A DNA stretch of 64,000 nt from Gordius albopunctatus (Eukaryota), in the NCBI GenBank assembly GCA_964276515.1, contig OZ193909.1, positions 13,578,001-13,642,000 of the forward strand, given 5' to 3'. Below, one piece after another: positions 40,254-52,607 of this stretch (the stretch's first letter is position 1; each line of letters starts with the position of its first letter). The notes under the pieces are model-generated. The model made no database searches and had not been told where the DNA came from. It was given only the letters and a program-made list of their open reading frames with translations. The position numbers and the translations under genes are program-made.

Positions 40254-41087
40254 GCTTTCTTCCTTATACCTTAAAGGCAAAATTTCTCATAACAAAATTT
40301 TAATGAAAAATAGTAATGACCTACTTTTTAAAAGTCGCATTGATTACTCTAATTATGCACCATTTCAAGTTATAAAATAAACCTTTGCCCTATTTTCCAA
40401 ATAGTCACCTAGTTAGTGTATAAATTATAATACTGATTCGCTCTAGAGCCAAATTTTAAAGTTTTGCAAGTTCCTACAGTCAAATAAAGCAGTATAATAT
40501 ATATTTTTTGTAAATCGATTGATTTATTAGAAGTTATAAACATTAAAAAAATAGACACAGTGTATAAAAACGAATAATATATTTATATATAAATTAAAGC
40601 TCTAAGGCATCATGGGGTTCGTCCTCGTGAAGCGGCCACCTATCGGCCAGGGATTCAAATTGTATTTCGCAAGAAGGATGCCAATGTTTTGTTGAAGTAA
40701 AACATTAGAGAATATTTGGAAATTGGGCAACATTTGCTGTTTCTCTAAAAAAAAGTGAATCGCGCTTAGTCCGAAAGTCCTTGAGCAAGAGCCGACAATG
40801 GGGTGAAAGTGTTGTCTGGGAGGAAGGTCTGGTATTTTGTCTTCTTGTCTTCTGCAAGAGTTATAGCATTATAAATTTGGTTGGAGGGGCGAAAATGTCT
40901 AGACAGGTGAAATCCCATTCAAAGGGTAGACCCTTTTGCCAGGGGATGAGAGTTGAGCCACCAGTCCCCATTCTTGCTATGAAGGGTCTAGGACCGATGG
41001 AACGCTAGCCTCTTTAAGGGAAGCCTGCAGTGAATTAATTTTGGTGTGCCTGATATATTTGAACTTGTTTTTAAGACAGTATAGAGG

Positions 41088-42357
41088 CTCAGGACTGCGG
41101 CAATTACAGAGGTATCAAGCTAACCTGTCACTCCTTGAAGCTTATGGAAAGGATCTTAGTAAAAAAGCTGAAAAACGAGGTGGAAATATCGGATAATCAA
41201 TTCGGATTCGTGGCCGGCAAATCCACAATCAACTCAATCTTCGCCCTAAGACAAATTATAGATAAGTATGGTGAAAAGAGGAAAGACCTACACATGGTTT
41301 TTATCGACTTGGAGAAAGCTTATGACATGGTCGCCCGCGATTTAATATGGTGGTGCCTGAGGAAACATAATATCCCTGATGCATATATACGGCTTATGAA
41401 AAATATTTATGAAGCTTCTAACTCTTGCGCTAGGACGACAGTTGGAGACCCTAAACCTTTTCGGGTTAATATTGGATTACATCAAGGCTCTGCTTTAAGT
41501 CCCTTTTTATTTAATATAATTATAGACACGATAACGACGGACATTCAAAAGCCATCACCATGGTGTATGCTATATGCTGATTATATAGTACTATGCGAGG
41601 AAACAAGGGAGAAAGTATTCAAAGAAGCCGAAAAATGGTCAAAGCGCTTAGCTGGATATGGTTTAAAGGTCAATGATCGGAAAACAGTATATATGGAAAT
41701 GAACGGTACAGGCACCGCATCCCTGGATGACCATCTAAAGTACTCAAAAGTAGACAGGTTTACATACCTCGGCTCGATGCTACATCAAGAGGGAGGTTGC
41801 GCAACAGAAGTCAATGCCCGGATCCAAAAAAGGATGCCTTAAATGGCGAAGTATATCCGGTGTAATGTGCGACAAAAAAAATGCCAATATGGTTGAACAG
41901 CAAAGCTTACAAATCCATCGTAAGACCGGTGTTACTCTATGGAAGTGAAACATGGGCATCAAACACTACTGAAGGAAAGCTATTACATTACAAGCCATAG
42001 AGATGAGAATGATACGATGGAGCTTGTGGTATACTAAGCTCGACCATATGACGACTTTCTCATGACAAAATGGGTATTTGACCTATGGCGGACATGATTA
42101 ATGAAAATCGGCTAAGGTGGTATGGGCATATACTAAGAAGAGATACGAATGACGTAAATCGAAAAGTACTGGACATGGAGGTACCTGGCAAGAGAGGAAG
42201 AGGACGACCCCGCATAACGTGAAAAGGGGTTTATCTATAAAACTATGGAAACTAAAGAGATTAGTCAAGATATGGCACTCACACTGTCAAGATGGAAGAA
42301 ACTTATCAAAACAAACCCCACCAATGTGGGACCAAATAACTGATAAAGAAGAAGAAG
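41088..42357 (+). mobile_element. 5'-truncated RTE-clade LINE
   Basis: RT ORF 41135-41842 (QFGFVAG, FIDLEKAYD, GLHQGSALSP, YADY, FTYLGS), (GAA)n tail, TSD ATAGAGG. Confidence 0.92.
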
Positions 42358-44813
42358 ATAGAGGTTGCCTTAAATATTGTTCCACAGGTTGGGAGCCATT
42401 GAGGCAGGGGTACGATTTGGAACAAGATATTCCTATTATAAGAGCAATGTAGTATGAGTTCCGTAACCTCCAACATCAACCAAAAAAGTGAACTAGGATA
42501 ATCTTCTGGGCACTCATGACTCGATCCATCAAAAACCAAAAAATTTAGGATGAAATGCTTGCGAGCGTTGCAGCTCAACGAGAGTTAATCAACGGAGCGC
42601 AATAATAGGCCAGCATTCCAATCTTTTTGTCTTGAGGCTATTGAATTGGGTTTCTGGGTTGACTTTAGAGGACCAGACATTTAGAGCCAACACAATGGAT
42701 GGTTCATCATTACATGGTGTCGTAAGTGTTGTAGTTGTGGTTTAATGCTTACGCAAATGAGCTAGAAAGGATAGTGTCTGGTATCTTGCCAACTAAAATT
42801 AGTTATGTGAATAATGGGCTTAATGATAACCAGACGAATATGTAAAGAGCAGGCCTCAAATTAGTGGAGATGTGCAGTACATCGAACTGTCGGGAAGCAT
42901 ACCTCATGCAAATGAGAAGTGCATCGACAAGTTTTAAATAGCGAGAATTTGACCATGATATAATCAGTTATTTTATTTGTTATTTTAGTCAGGTGGGAGT
43001 AGATATTTAGTTTACTAATCGGAACGGTAGTCCTGCGGGGGGTGGAATATGTTTATTTCTAATTTTAGACACGCGGTCCAGCGCCAATTATCTAACAAGA
43101 GCCCGACGTTCCTTAATCCGATACCTTCCTGTTGCCCGTAGACGTTACTCATTTCAGACCATTGGTTATACAGATTAATCTCTCCGGCCATCGTTCAACA
43201 TTTACCTTATCCGATCGATATATTATATTTATTTATTTACTACGACAAGTGTACATATTATATCTATTTGGAAATTTGCGGACTATATTAGTAAGTTTGG
43301 TGATTAAGTTATGGAGGGATTAAAGGGAGAGAGGAAATCTGCCAATGAGAGTGATGTAGCTAGGCCTATACCTAAACCGCCGCCTTTAATCAGTAGTGCG
43401 GTATTAGTACTTCTTTGGAGTGAGCGCAATGTTTAATTTTATATATTAATATGATATTTCAATTGAAGTACAAATGAATAAGCTTCTAATTTGCTATGTT
43501 CCTTTCCTCAGGATATTATGGAATTTACGATATGTTGACTTTACTGTTGTCGTAGAAAATAATGACTGCGTGACCATGCTACTATTTTTAGACGTGTATC
43601 AGGTCAGGGCAGCTTTAGCATCTGATAAGTAATAAAATGGCAATCTATTATGGAACGATGTGAATCGAAACTTATCAGTCCCCTAACCCATTTAAGCTGT
43701 TTAAGCTTATCTTATTATTTGCTCGTTCTTACAAATATGAGGAATGTGAAAATACTTAAACTGTTATCAAGGTGAGTTCTATCAAAATAGTTGGTAGAAT
43801 AAAGCCACGGCTTAGATGTTAAATAAAATAATAACCAATGTGGTTAATAAAAGGTTAAATTACTTATCCTTCCAAGACTTTATACGATAATACAATAAAT
43901 CGTATTATGACAACAGCGAGCGATCAAAGTCTATCATAAACATACTTTAAAAACGAGGCACATTTGCTGTCTACATGTAGATTATACCAAAAGCATATTT
44001 TAACCATAATTATTTCTTTCCTATCTAGTATTTGACAACCAAAATAACATAATTTCATCCATTTTCATTGAATTATTTAAATATTATAAACTATTAGCAT
44101 CGTTTCACAATAGAAATCTACCAAAGGGTATTTTGATCCACCCTCCTTGAGAATAATGTTTATGAACACTATCATAAGTATAAGGAGCTCGTACGTTGTC
44201 CCTTCCGCAAAATATGTATTTTTAAGCTGAATTGCCGTATATTGGCTTGTTTGCACCTAGCCAACAACGCACAAACATAGTCGAGTACATGAATATATAA
44301 TGTTCTATACTCGGATATAAATTTAAAGGTTGATTTTGTAGGGTAATTTTTTGAGATAAATACCACCAATTTTTCAGATTTGAAATTATTTTGCTTAAAG
44401 CCTATAAATAAAGAACGTTTTATTTTCAGTATGAACTGGTATATTGAATTTTACCAGGGTTGATGTCCAACTTTTATAAACTCAGGCTTCAGGCATATTT
44501 TGTTTTTGAATATAGCAACTTATTCATATCATCTTAATAAAATTGGTTTTAAGGTATCTGCTCTATATGTCAATGTAATATTGATTGATAGCATAGCTGT
44601 AATAAAAAACATGCCTCATTTGCTTAAGCTCAAATACATAAATTAGAACTGATCCGTTATACTTTAAATATATTCTAACAATGTCCACTATGTGGTTATT
44701 TGATATCTGTGGTTATAAATATCGATTTAAAAATTATTATTTTACGAATGAGCTTGATTATAAAATACACAAAAAATAAATTAAACCATTTGACATGATA
44801 GACGCTTTTAGGA

Positions 44814-47124
44814 TTATACTGGTGCTTGTGTCACCGGGTGGGACCAAAAGTATATAATCAATATTAGGGTGATCAAGATAGCCAATACCAATATGGCGTC
44901 TATTACATATATAAATACGACGGCAGCCCGTTTGAGTGAAGACATTTCTAAAGGAGCCGTTTTTGGGCGATTTGTTACTATATAGGGCGTAGCTCTTATT
45001 TCTTCCATATGATTTGGTAAAGCAATGTTTGTTATCGACTCGTGGGTAACATTACTATTTGCCGTTGCATTAATTATGCGTGGAGTGAGAGTTGCGTTTT
45101 GAACAAATATCTCGATACCATCATTTTCATATGGTATGCTAACTTTTCTACGTCCTGAAACTTTTAATTTTGGTTCTTTAGTTACCGGATTACCTATTTT
45201 ACTTATATTAACAAAGTATCGAACACTCGTATGCGTGCTCGAGTGCAATGAATTATTTAAACTTTCTTTTTGATTCCCAAAATGAGAAGTATGAGTTGTA
45301 TGATGGCTGACATTGGATATATTTTGCTTATCTATAATTCCTTTAGCCACGGTAACATTACTTAAGGGATTTTTCTGCTGACTCGTTTTGATTGAGGGTT
45401 TTGAGATGCCAACATCGGAGCTAAATGTTGTCCAAGTCAATAAGTCGCTGCCACTGCCTGTATAATTATCGGACGAGTTAAAATAAGGTGTAGTCACGAT
45501 TTCAATATTTTTGTTTTCCGTTGTTATGTTGGCGCGAGTAACTAACACAGTCGTCATTTGTGGTGGTGTTTTTAGCGTGGTGGTTATATAATCCGAAAAA
45601 GTTACGATTTTTAAGCCAGTCCTTTCCTTTTCCTGCAACCCTGGTGCTAAAGGTGGTGTAGAAGTTTTAGTTAACCGAGCCGTGCTTTTAGATATGTTTT
45701 TGAGCCAGTTTTTAAATGTGTATGCTTGAACAGTTTTTGTTAATCTTACGAATGCTGGTTGTTTTGTTACCCAAGGTGGTGGTTTAAAGTTAAAACAATC
45801 GATTTCTTTTGAAGGCAGATCGATCAATTTTACCCCTAACAATTCTTTTGGACTACTACAAGTACCCTCGATTAATGTGCCCTCGATCATCGATTTGTTT
45901 CTAAGATATTTAGCCGTGTCTAAGAAATCGCAACTACACTCAAATGAATTATCCCTCAAATCTATTCGTTTAAGTTTACCGGCTTTAAAGGTTTCTTCAG
46001 ATACATAAGTCAATAGATTGGTTTGCAAAGATATATCTCGCAAGGCATCATTATAAGCGATGAGTTCAACTCCAAAGTACCTGAGTTCGTTGTTGGTTAA
46101 ACTGACACTCTCGAGCGAAATCATATCGAAAAAATGACTTCTCTTTAAGTAACGCAACATATTACCCTCCAGATTAAGTTCCCTCACCATTATCATATTG
46201 GCAAATAAATTATCCGGTATGAAATTAAATCCGCTCCTAACTAAGCTTAATTTGGTCAGCGTAGGGGCCATGCTTTGCAATATGTCATCGTTTCTCCAAA
46301 GTGGCATGTAGGCTCTCTCCATTTCCAAAGTTTTTACACCGACCATTTGATGCAAAGTATTGTTCCACATATAGTAAATTACGGTGTTATAAACGATAAA
46401 TTTTTCTACTTTCATACGAGCAAACAAATAATCCGTCCAATTGCCTCTAACTTCCACTAGTTTAAGGGTATGGATATCGCGTTCTCTTATTTTATCAAAC
46501 TCTAGCGTTAGATTTTGTGTAAATAATGTTTTGCATAAAATGGACAAAGGCTGGAGTTGGGTACAGGTGCAATTATTACTTACAGGACATGAAGTCAATT
46601 CCTCTGACTGAACCGCATCGGATGCCATCAATAGTATAAAACATACCCCAAATAAGTAGAGTTTGGGAAGTGCCAATATTAATAGGCCCTATTTTAAAAC
46701 AAATTAAATTATGTTCAACATACAAAATTAGTTTTTATAATTTAAATTTTAAGAGCGCGAACTTTCTTTCAGAAACCAAAGTTATGATAAAGAATCTTCA
46801 GGCAATCATAAAATTAGTATATGAATATTGTATTTAAAACAAATATATGAATGAAAATTAATATAAATTAATTATAAAATATTTTTGCCCTGTCTGGAGC
46901 TTTGATATTCCAAATACATCTTAAACTTAGTGGACTTTATTCATTTAGCTTATATAACTAAACTTAGATATTGTTGAAAGACTAACCTACAATATTATAT
47001 CTAGTATCTAAATTGAATAATTAATACCCTAAGCCTCTCAAAGTTTTTTAAGCTCTATACATAAAATTAATCTTACTGCGAGTTTGAGGGAGGAATTAGA
47101 AGCATTGAATCGATACCACCCCAT
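44814..47124 (-). CDS. Type I membrane leucine-rich repeat protein (signal-like segment, LRRNT, LRRs, LRRCT, Ser/Thr/Asn-rich stalk, TM, very short tail), ~640 aa
   Basis: 620-codon ORF with CPVSNNCTC (LRRNT), LxxLxLxxN repeats, NSFECSCDF...GTCSSPKELLG (LRRCT) and a C-terminal hydrophobic helix. Main exon 46688-44814 follows acceptor aatag. A putative first exon 47124-47077 (MGWYRFNASNSSLKLA, donor gtaaga) is in phase but less certain. Confidence 0.85.
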
Positions 47125-48588
47125 CCTCAATAATTTAAAATTTGAGTGTTCGATTTAAGTAAAAATTTAACGGAAAATCATTTTTATTAGACATATTTAT
47201 GCCTCAATTAAAGCTTTAAAACGACGCTTATTTAAAGTAGATTAAACGTCATCAACTATCATAAGCCACTTTATTCATATTTGTATAACAATTTTAATTA
47301 TCATTGGAAATATTGATACGAGGCTTTTCTTCTAAGATGAAAAATAATAATCAATTTAATTTTATTATTATCAGGGTAAAGCTGGGTAATAAATTTATTT
47401 TGACGAAACTTGCTAAGCAAAAATAATATTCCCAGTGAATTGGATTGTGAGCATAACTGTGATAATTATGGGAAATGCGCGGGATTTAAAGTGTAGAAAT
47501 TGGTTTGTTTAACGTTCCATCTATTGCGCAGGTAAGGTTTTGTATGTCCTAAATCGTTTAAAAACAAGAGAGAATATTTGAAAATAGTTTGGAATTCTAA
47601 CCATTAAGTCAAATAACGTAATTAATTATAGCAATTACCGGTTAAAGTTTTAAATGTGTACAAATTTGAAGTAAATTTTATAAATTAACGGATTAATAGT
47701 TATTTGCATTGATCCAAATCACTATTTAGTATCCGGCGGATTGAATGTTTAAAGTTAACCTGAAACACTAATTACATGGAAACTGCAGAAAAAGATGAGT
47801 TGGGAACCGCTGCTTAGGTATTAAAGTTATAAACATAATTGAATAATTTTGTTGAAAAATATTCTATTTAGTCGAGCCACAAAATTTCTATCTTGCGAGA
47901 CTCAAAAAGAGGTTAGGTTCTCATCCTTTTAAAATTCCTTTCAGTCCATGCCCATGTGTGAGTCTTATCGATCTCCCTTTTACAAGATTTCTATTTAAAA
48001 TTGCGAAGTGCTCGGTTTAAAAATATAATATAAGCGCACCTAGAAATACAAATCAAATTAACATTACATTCTTTGGATCATGGGCGTAGCCACGTGAGGG
48101 GGGGGGGCAATACAAAAATTTGTTGAAATTTATTCAAATTATGGTTAAAATATCAAAAAAAATCCCAATGCTGGTTATGCTTATGCCTTGGATGCAATTT
48201 TATTTATATAATAGAGAGTGAATGAAAGGTAACATTTCGATTAATATAGGACATACTTTTAAATTTATGCAATGTCAAACTAGAGAGATTGTAAAAGCTT
48301 ACAATTAAAAGTTTGGCTATTAGTGCCATTCCCTAGTTAAAAAATACTTTTCTGAATATTTATTTTAGTTGTTGACGAATTTTTCTTTGTGTAAATTATG
48401 ACAAAGAATGGGCACTTTGCAATAAATGGCTTGGGGAAACTTAAAATGTCTTTAAATACAGATATTGTTGTTATAGTATACATGAATCTAAAGGTGAAGA
48501 TAACTTATTTTATTACATAATTATTAGGCTAGTTACTAAGAGTAAAAGTTACCTGCTTTATTAAATAAAAAGTCATCATACTATGCAT

Positions 48589-49592
48589 CAGAGACCAGAA
48601 ATTCCCGGCCCGTGGTTTTAATTTTCGGGCGGGCACGTTGATAAGATTCGGGCAATTCGGGCAAGCCCAAAATTTTATCAAATGATTTTCCTTGAAAAAA
48701 GAAAAATTCGCTTATAAACAATTTTGGGCCATAATAAATTTAATTAGATTTTTTTCCATCGCGTAAATCTTCATTCATTGTACGTTTATATAATGTCCTA
48801 ATTTCAATTTCTTCAAAATTAAATTTTATTTCGAATAAATTAGTTTAACTGGTTTGTCTCAAGATCAAAAATTTTTAATTTTCAGATTATATTATAAAAG
48901 AATAAAATCACCACGATTTAAACTGCCATGGGCGTAGACAAGGGGGGGGGCAGGAACGGGCAGCTGCCCCCCTCTAAGTTCAAAAATTTATTAAAATTAT
49001 GTCTAAATTTTCAAAAAATGATCATTTTGCCCCCCTCTAATTTTAATGCTGGCTACGCCCATGTAAACTGCTACTCTAATCTAATACTATGGAAGAAACC
49101 ATTTTACTCTCTGGTAGTAAATTATTTTAATACATTTTTATCGCATTCAGTTAAATCTTTGCCCTACTCCATTATGGAAAGGATTGGATTATTTATATTT
49201 ATGTAGCCATTTAATTGTTCACAATACACATGTGTGCCGTCTAGACTTAAAACAAATGCTAGTGCCATTTTCTAACAATGCGCATAATTGTAATTGTAAT
49301 TCATTTAATTTTTTTAACAACTAAAAATTCGTTCAGCCTTTTTGATTCCGACTTATTTTATAATATTCTTTTGCTTCAAATAAAAATTATCATTTAAAAA
49401 TTTGGACCGGGGCGGGTTCGGGCAGAAAAATTCAACCTCTGTTTGGGATCTCATAAATTCGGGACTAACGGGCAAATTTAATATTTCGGGCCGGGCAATT
49501 CGGGCAGCTTTAACGATTCGGGCGGGCAATGAAGTTAAAAAATTGAATCGGGCCGGGTTCGGGCAGAAAATTCCCAACAAATCTGACCTCTG
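48589..49592. mobile_element. hAT MITE with TTCGGGC subterminal repeats, containing a nested 137-bp MITE (48927-49063)
   Basis: TIR CAGAGACCAGA/TCTGACCTCTG with TSD CTATGCAT; the inner element has TSD TAAACTGC. Confidence 0.9.
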
Positions 49593-50117
49593 CTATGCAT
49601 TACAGAATTAAAAAAAGTGAGTTTTGTAAGCTGTAAATTTTATAATCCCCTTAAAGTTATTTTTTGTAAATATTGTAAGAACACCAATATTTGTTGTGAT
49701 ATAAATTATATTTTATAGAAATTTTATTTTTTAATTTAATAGTGAAATAAGAGTTTAAAATGATTTCAGTTTAAGTATTAATAAGATATCTACATTATTA
49801 CCTGTGAATCAAATATTAACTATAATTTATATGCCATTTAGTGCTATTTTTAAGACACTAATATGGTATAAATTTATCCCTATCCTTTTCAGCATGTGGC
49901 TAAAAAATAATAACAGACAAATAACATTTTTGCTATATTTAAAGCTCATCAGTTTGCCATTGTTAATTTTCTAGTCACATACTAATCAATATAGTTATAT
50001 ATATAAGGCCAAATTAGATTGAGTTCACTTTTATTCCATGCCTTAATATATAGGCTACCAACTATAATTTCTAATTTTTAAACAAACTTGACAAGAATTT
50101 TATTGATATGGTACTAA

Positions 50118-51143
50118 TTAAAACACATTGCTCTCAAACTTAAGACACTTGACAACATTCGCATTTGGCCCATTGTGTTTCCTCTTTTTACCCTTTTCAA
50201 TATTTTCTTCCAGAATGAAGGCAGGTAAAGGTAGCTTGTAAGAAAGTGTAGGGAGTGGTTGTGAATAAAAATATGCACTTTTAAGGCATTGACTTGAATC
50301 CCATCTTTGTAATGGGTTATACATAAACATAAACTCTAAAATCTCCAACAAACTATCATCTGCAGCTGTAAATATTTCTCTAAAATGTATTTTGTCAAAC
50401 ACCTTAAATGATATATAGTCTGGAAGTTGAGTTATCCCTGGCCATATTTCTTCATTAGGTGTGCCAAGTGTTTCAAATATTTTTGATAATTGCTCTAAAT
50501 CAGAATCACCAGGAAAAAATGGTACTCTGAGGAGTAATTCGGCTAATATACAGGCCATGGCCCATATGTCAATGCTTGTTCCATATATTTTTGCACCAAA
50601 TAAAAGTTCAGGTGGACGATACCAACGAGTTACTACCTGATTTGTATAAATTCTATTGGGGGAGCCAAAATACTTTGCTAAACCCAAATCTCCCAATTTT
50701 AAAATTCCTTGTTTATTTACCAATAGATTGTTTGGCTTTATATCTCTATGAAGGATCCAATTTTTGTGCAAGTATTCTAGGCCATTCAATGCCATTATCA
50801 TGTAGGACTTTATGTTAGCTTGAGTTAAAACTAGAGATGTGTCTTTAATTATAACTTCAAGGTCTGTGTCCATAAAATCAAAGACTAGAGATATTTTGCT
50901 GTTGTGATATAAAGTATCCTTTAAATATATTAGATTGGCATGGTTTAGTTCATGCAATAGCTTTATTTCTCTAAGTGCAGTACGATTAATACCATCAACA
51001 ATATCAGATTTCATTCCAATTTTAATTTTTTTTATTGCAACTATTTCTTGGGTTAATAAATTTTTTGCTTTATATACAGTGGCGAATTGTCCTTCCCCTA
51101 AAAACTTGATGTTTTCGTAATTAGTATAGTTTTTGTTATGCAT
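50118..51143 (-). CDS. CDK7: Cyclin-dependent kinase 7 (CAK/TFIIH kinase), intronless CDS, 341 aa
   Basis: [27 protein letters not shown] (CDK7-specific NRTALRE helix), [11 protein letters not shown]-loop [23 protein letters not shown] shortly after the stop. Confidence 0.97.
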   Translation of the reverse strand: MHNKNYTNYENIKFLGEGQFATVYKAKNLLTQEIVAIKKIKIGMKSDIVDGINRTALREIKLLHELNHANLIYLKDTLYHNSKISLVFDFMDTDLEVIIKDTSLVLTQANIKSYMIMALNGLEYLHKNWILHRDIKPNNLLVNKQGILKLGDLGLAKYFGSPNRIYTNQVVTRWYRPPELLFGAKIYGTSIDIWAMACILAELLLRVPFFPGDSDLEQLSKIFETLGTPNEEIWPGITQLPDYISFKVFDKIHFREIFTAADDSLLEILEFMFMYNPLQRWDSSQCLKSAYFYSQPLPTLSYKLPLPAFILEENIEKGKKRKHNGPNANVVKCLKFESNVF

Positions 51144-51149
51144 ATTAAT

Positions 51150-51431
51150 CTAATTTTATTCCCAAGTTTGGCGACACATAGGGCAATGGGGATTAATTTG
51201 TTGGGAATCAAGCCATTTCATAATACAATGCGAATGAAAACAGTGATTGCATTTGCCCCATAAAATTGGGCAATTATCGCCGGGTATAGTACAATTAGGA
51301 CAAGTATTTTCAAAAGCCATTCGACATATGCCACAGTTGTCATCATTAGCAATCCATTTCCAATTAGCGACAGAGTTCCACGATTTAATTTTAATTTTCA
51401 TTAATTATTAATGAAAAGTTGAAATCCATAC
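51150..51431 (-). promoter_or_regulatory. Putative 282-nt 5'UTR intron of CDK7 enclosing the whole ANAPC11 ORF
   Basis: Minus strand: TTG|gtatgg ... APC11 ORF ... GAATAAAATTAG|ATTAATATG(CDK7). No AG between the donor and this acceptor. Confidence 0.65.
51156..51401 (-). CDS. ANAPC11: Anaphase-promoting complex subunit 11 (RING-H2), 81 aa
   Basis: MKIKIKSWNSVANWKW..DDNCGICRMAF...CP.C..PGDNCPILWGKCNHCFHSHCIMKWL...CPMCRQTW matches the APC11 consensus and lacks the N-terminal extension of RBX1. Confidence 0.96.
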   Translation of the reverse strand: MKIKIKSWNSVANWKWIANDDNCGICRMAFENTCPNCTIPGDNCPILWGKCNHCFHSHCIMKWLDSQQINPHCPMCRQTWE

Positions 51432-52607
51432 CAAGCGATAAAGTGAAATACTAAATAAACAATCATGGAAAGTAGTAGCAAGGTTATGTAATATACAAAA
51501 AAACTAATTTCTTCAATAATTTGTATCTATAGCATGAATGGAATCATCTAACGAGATTGACTATAGGAATGAAGACAATTCGATACAAATTAAATTTTCA
51601 CACCCCATGGGACACGTGACCGCGCCCTATATAAACCAAATTCACACCACCGCCATTATTCGCTCGATTTTTTCCTACGCATATAATATTATGTTCCCTT
51701 GTTTATACGCATTCTGCCCCCTTCTTACCTTTGCGCTACGATTTACCCTAAATTTTCGCTTTTATAATACTTATACATATGATATAGAGTAGAAACAATA
51801 AACGCCTCTGGTAGAACGATAACGAAACCAGGGGATCTGGGAGAAGGGCTTAACCCTTCCTCCAGATTAATTACTTTTGTTGCCCACAATAAACGAAAGC
51901 AATTTAAATTTGCCATGTAATTTTGTGTTAATAATTTTTCCGTCTTCCTAAGATATTAAATACGGTAAGTTATTGACTACAAAAATTTTTTTAAAGATAT
52001 AATTATTTTTTATAGGCGTACCATGGGCTTGAAGCTTATCCTAATACACTATAGATGGATGCTGGAGAATCCGGAGATGTCATATTCAATAGCTCTTAGA
52101 CAGAGAATACCTTATATGAAAAACCATGTGGCTATTGCCCCCAACAGATGCGCATATGCATCAGACTCTCCCTACATTGCCTTTTAGCCAATAGGAGTAA
52201 ATTCGGCACAATTCATTTTTCCAAACTGGCCTTAAAATAGCCAACGCACCATCGTTCTGAGAGACCCTTGACTCTTTTTTGGAAGGAATGGGACCCGACC
52301 TCTCAGCTCTTATCACATAGCAAAATGGTCTACCACTTAAATAAGATTTTATATTTAGACATTTTCGCATCATTTAAGCAAAATTAAGTAAGCCCCCAAG
52401 AGCTTAGTTAGTGCAATCTAAGGTTGAGCCCCTTCTAACGCCAAATGGCGCATCAGGCCACGTTAGTGATAACGTGTAAGTATGCTGTAAAAAAATGATT
52501 AACATACAGTGTAATTATGACATGTAAATATGTAATACCTATTGACTTGAAAGTAATGTAAAGCCTTTAATGATAAGGTCGTAAATTAATGGTGCGTGAG
52601 GAGATCC

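Noticed and set aside
51144..51158. APC11-CDK7 fusion by stop-codon readthrough (the two ORFs are in frame)
   Set aside because: The 12-nt spacer reads AAT TAG ATT AAT, so both TAA and an in-frame TAG would have to be read through.
51538..51792. 84-aa ORF as a standalone gene
   Set aside because: No recognisable homology, and it overlaps the probable promoter region.
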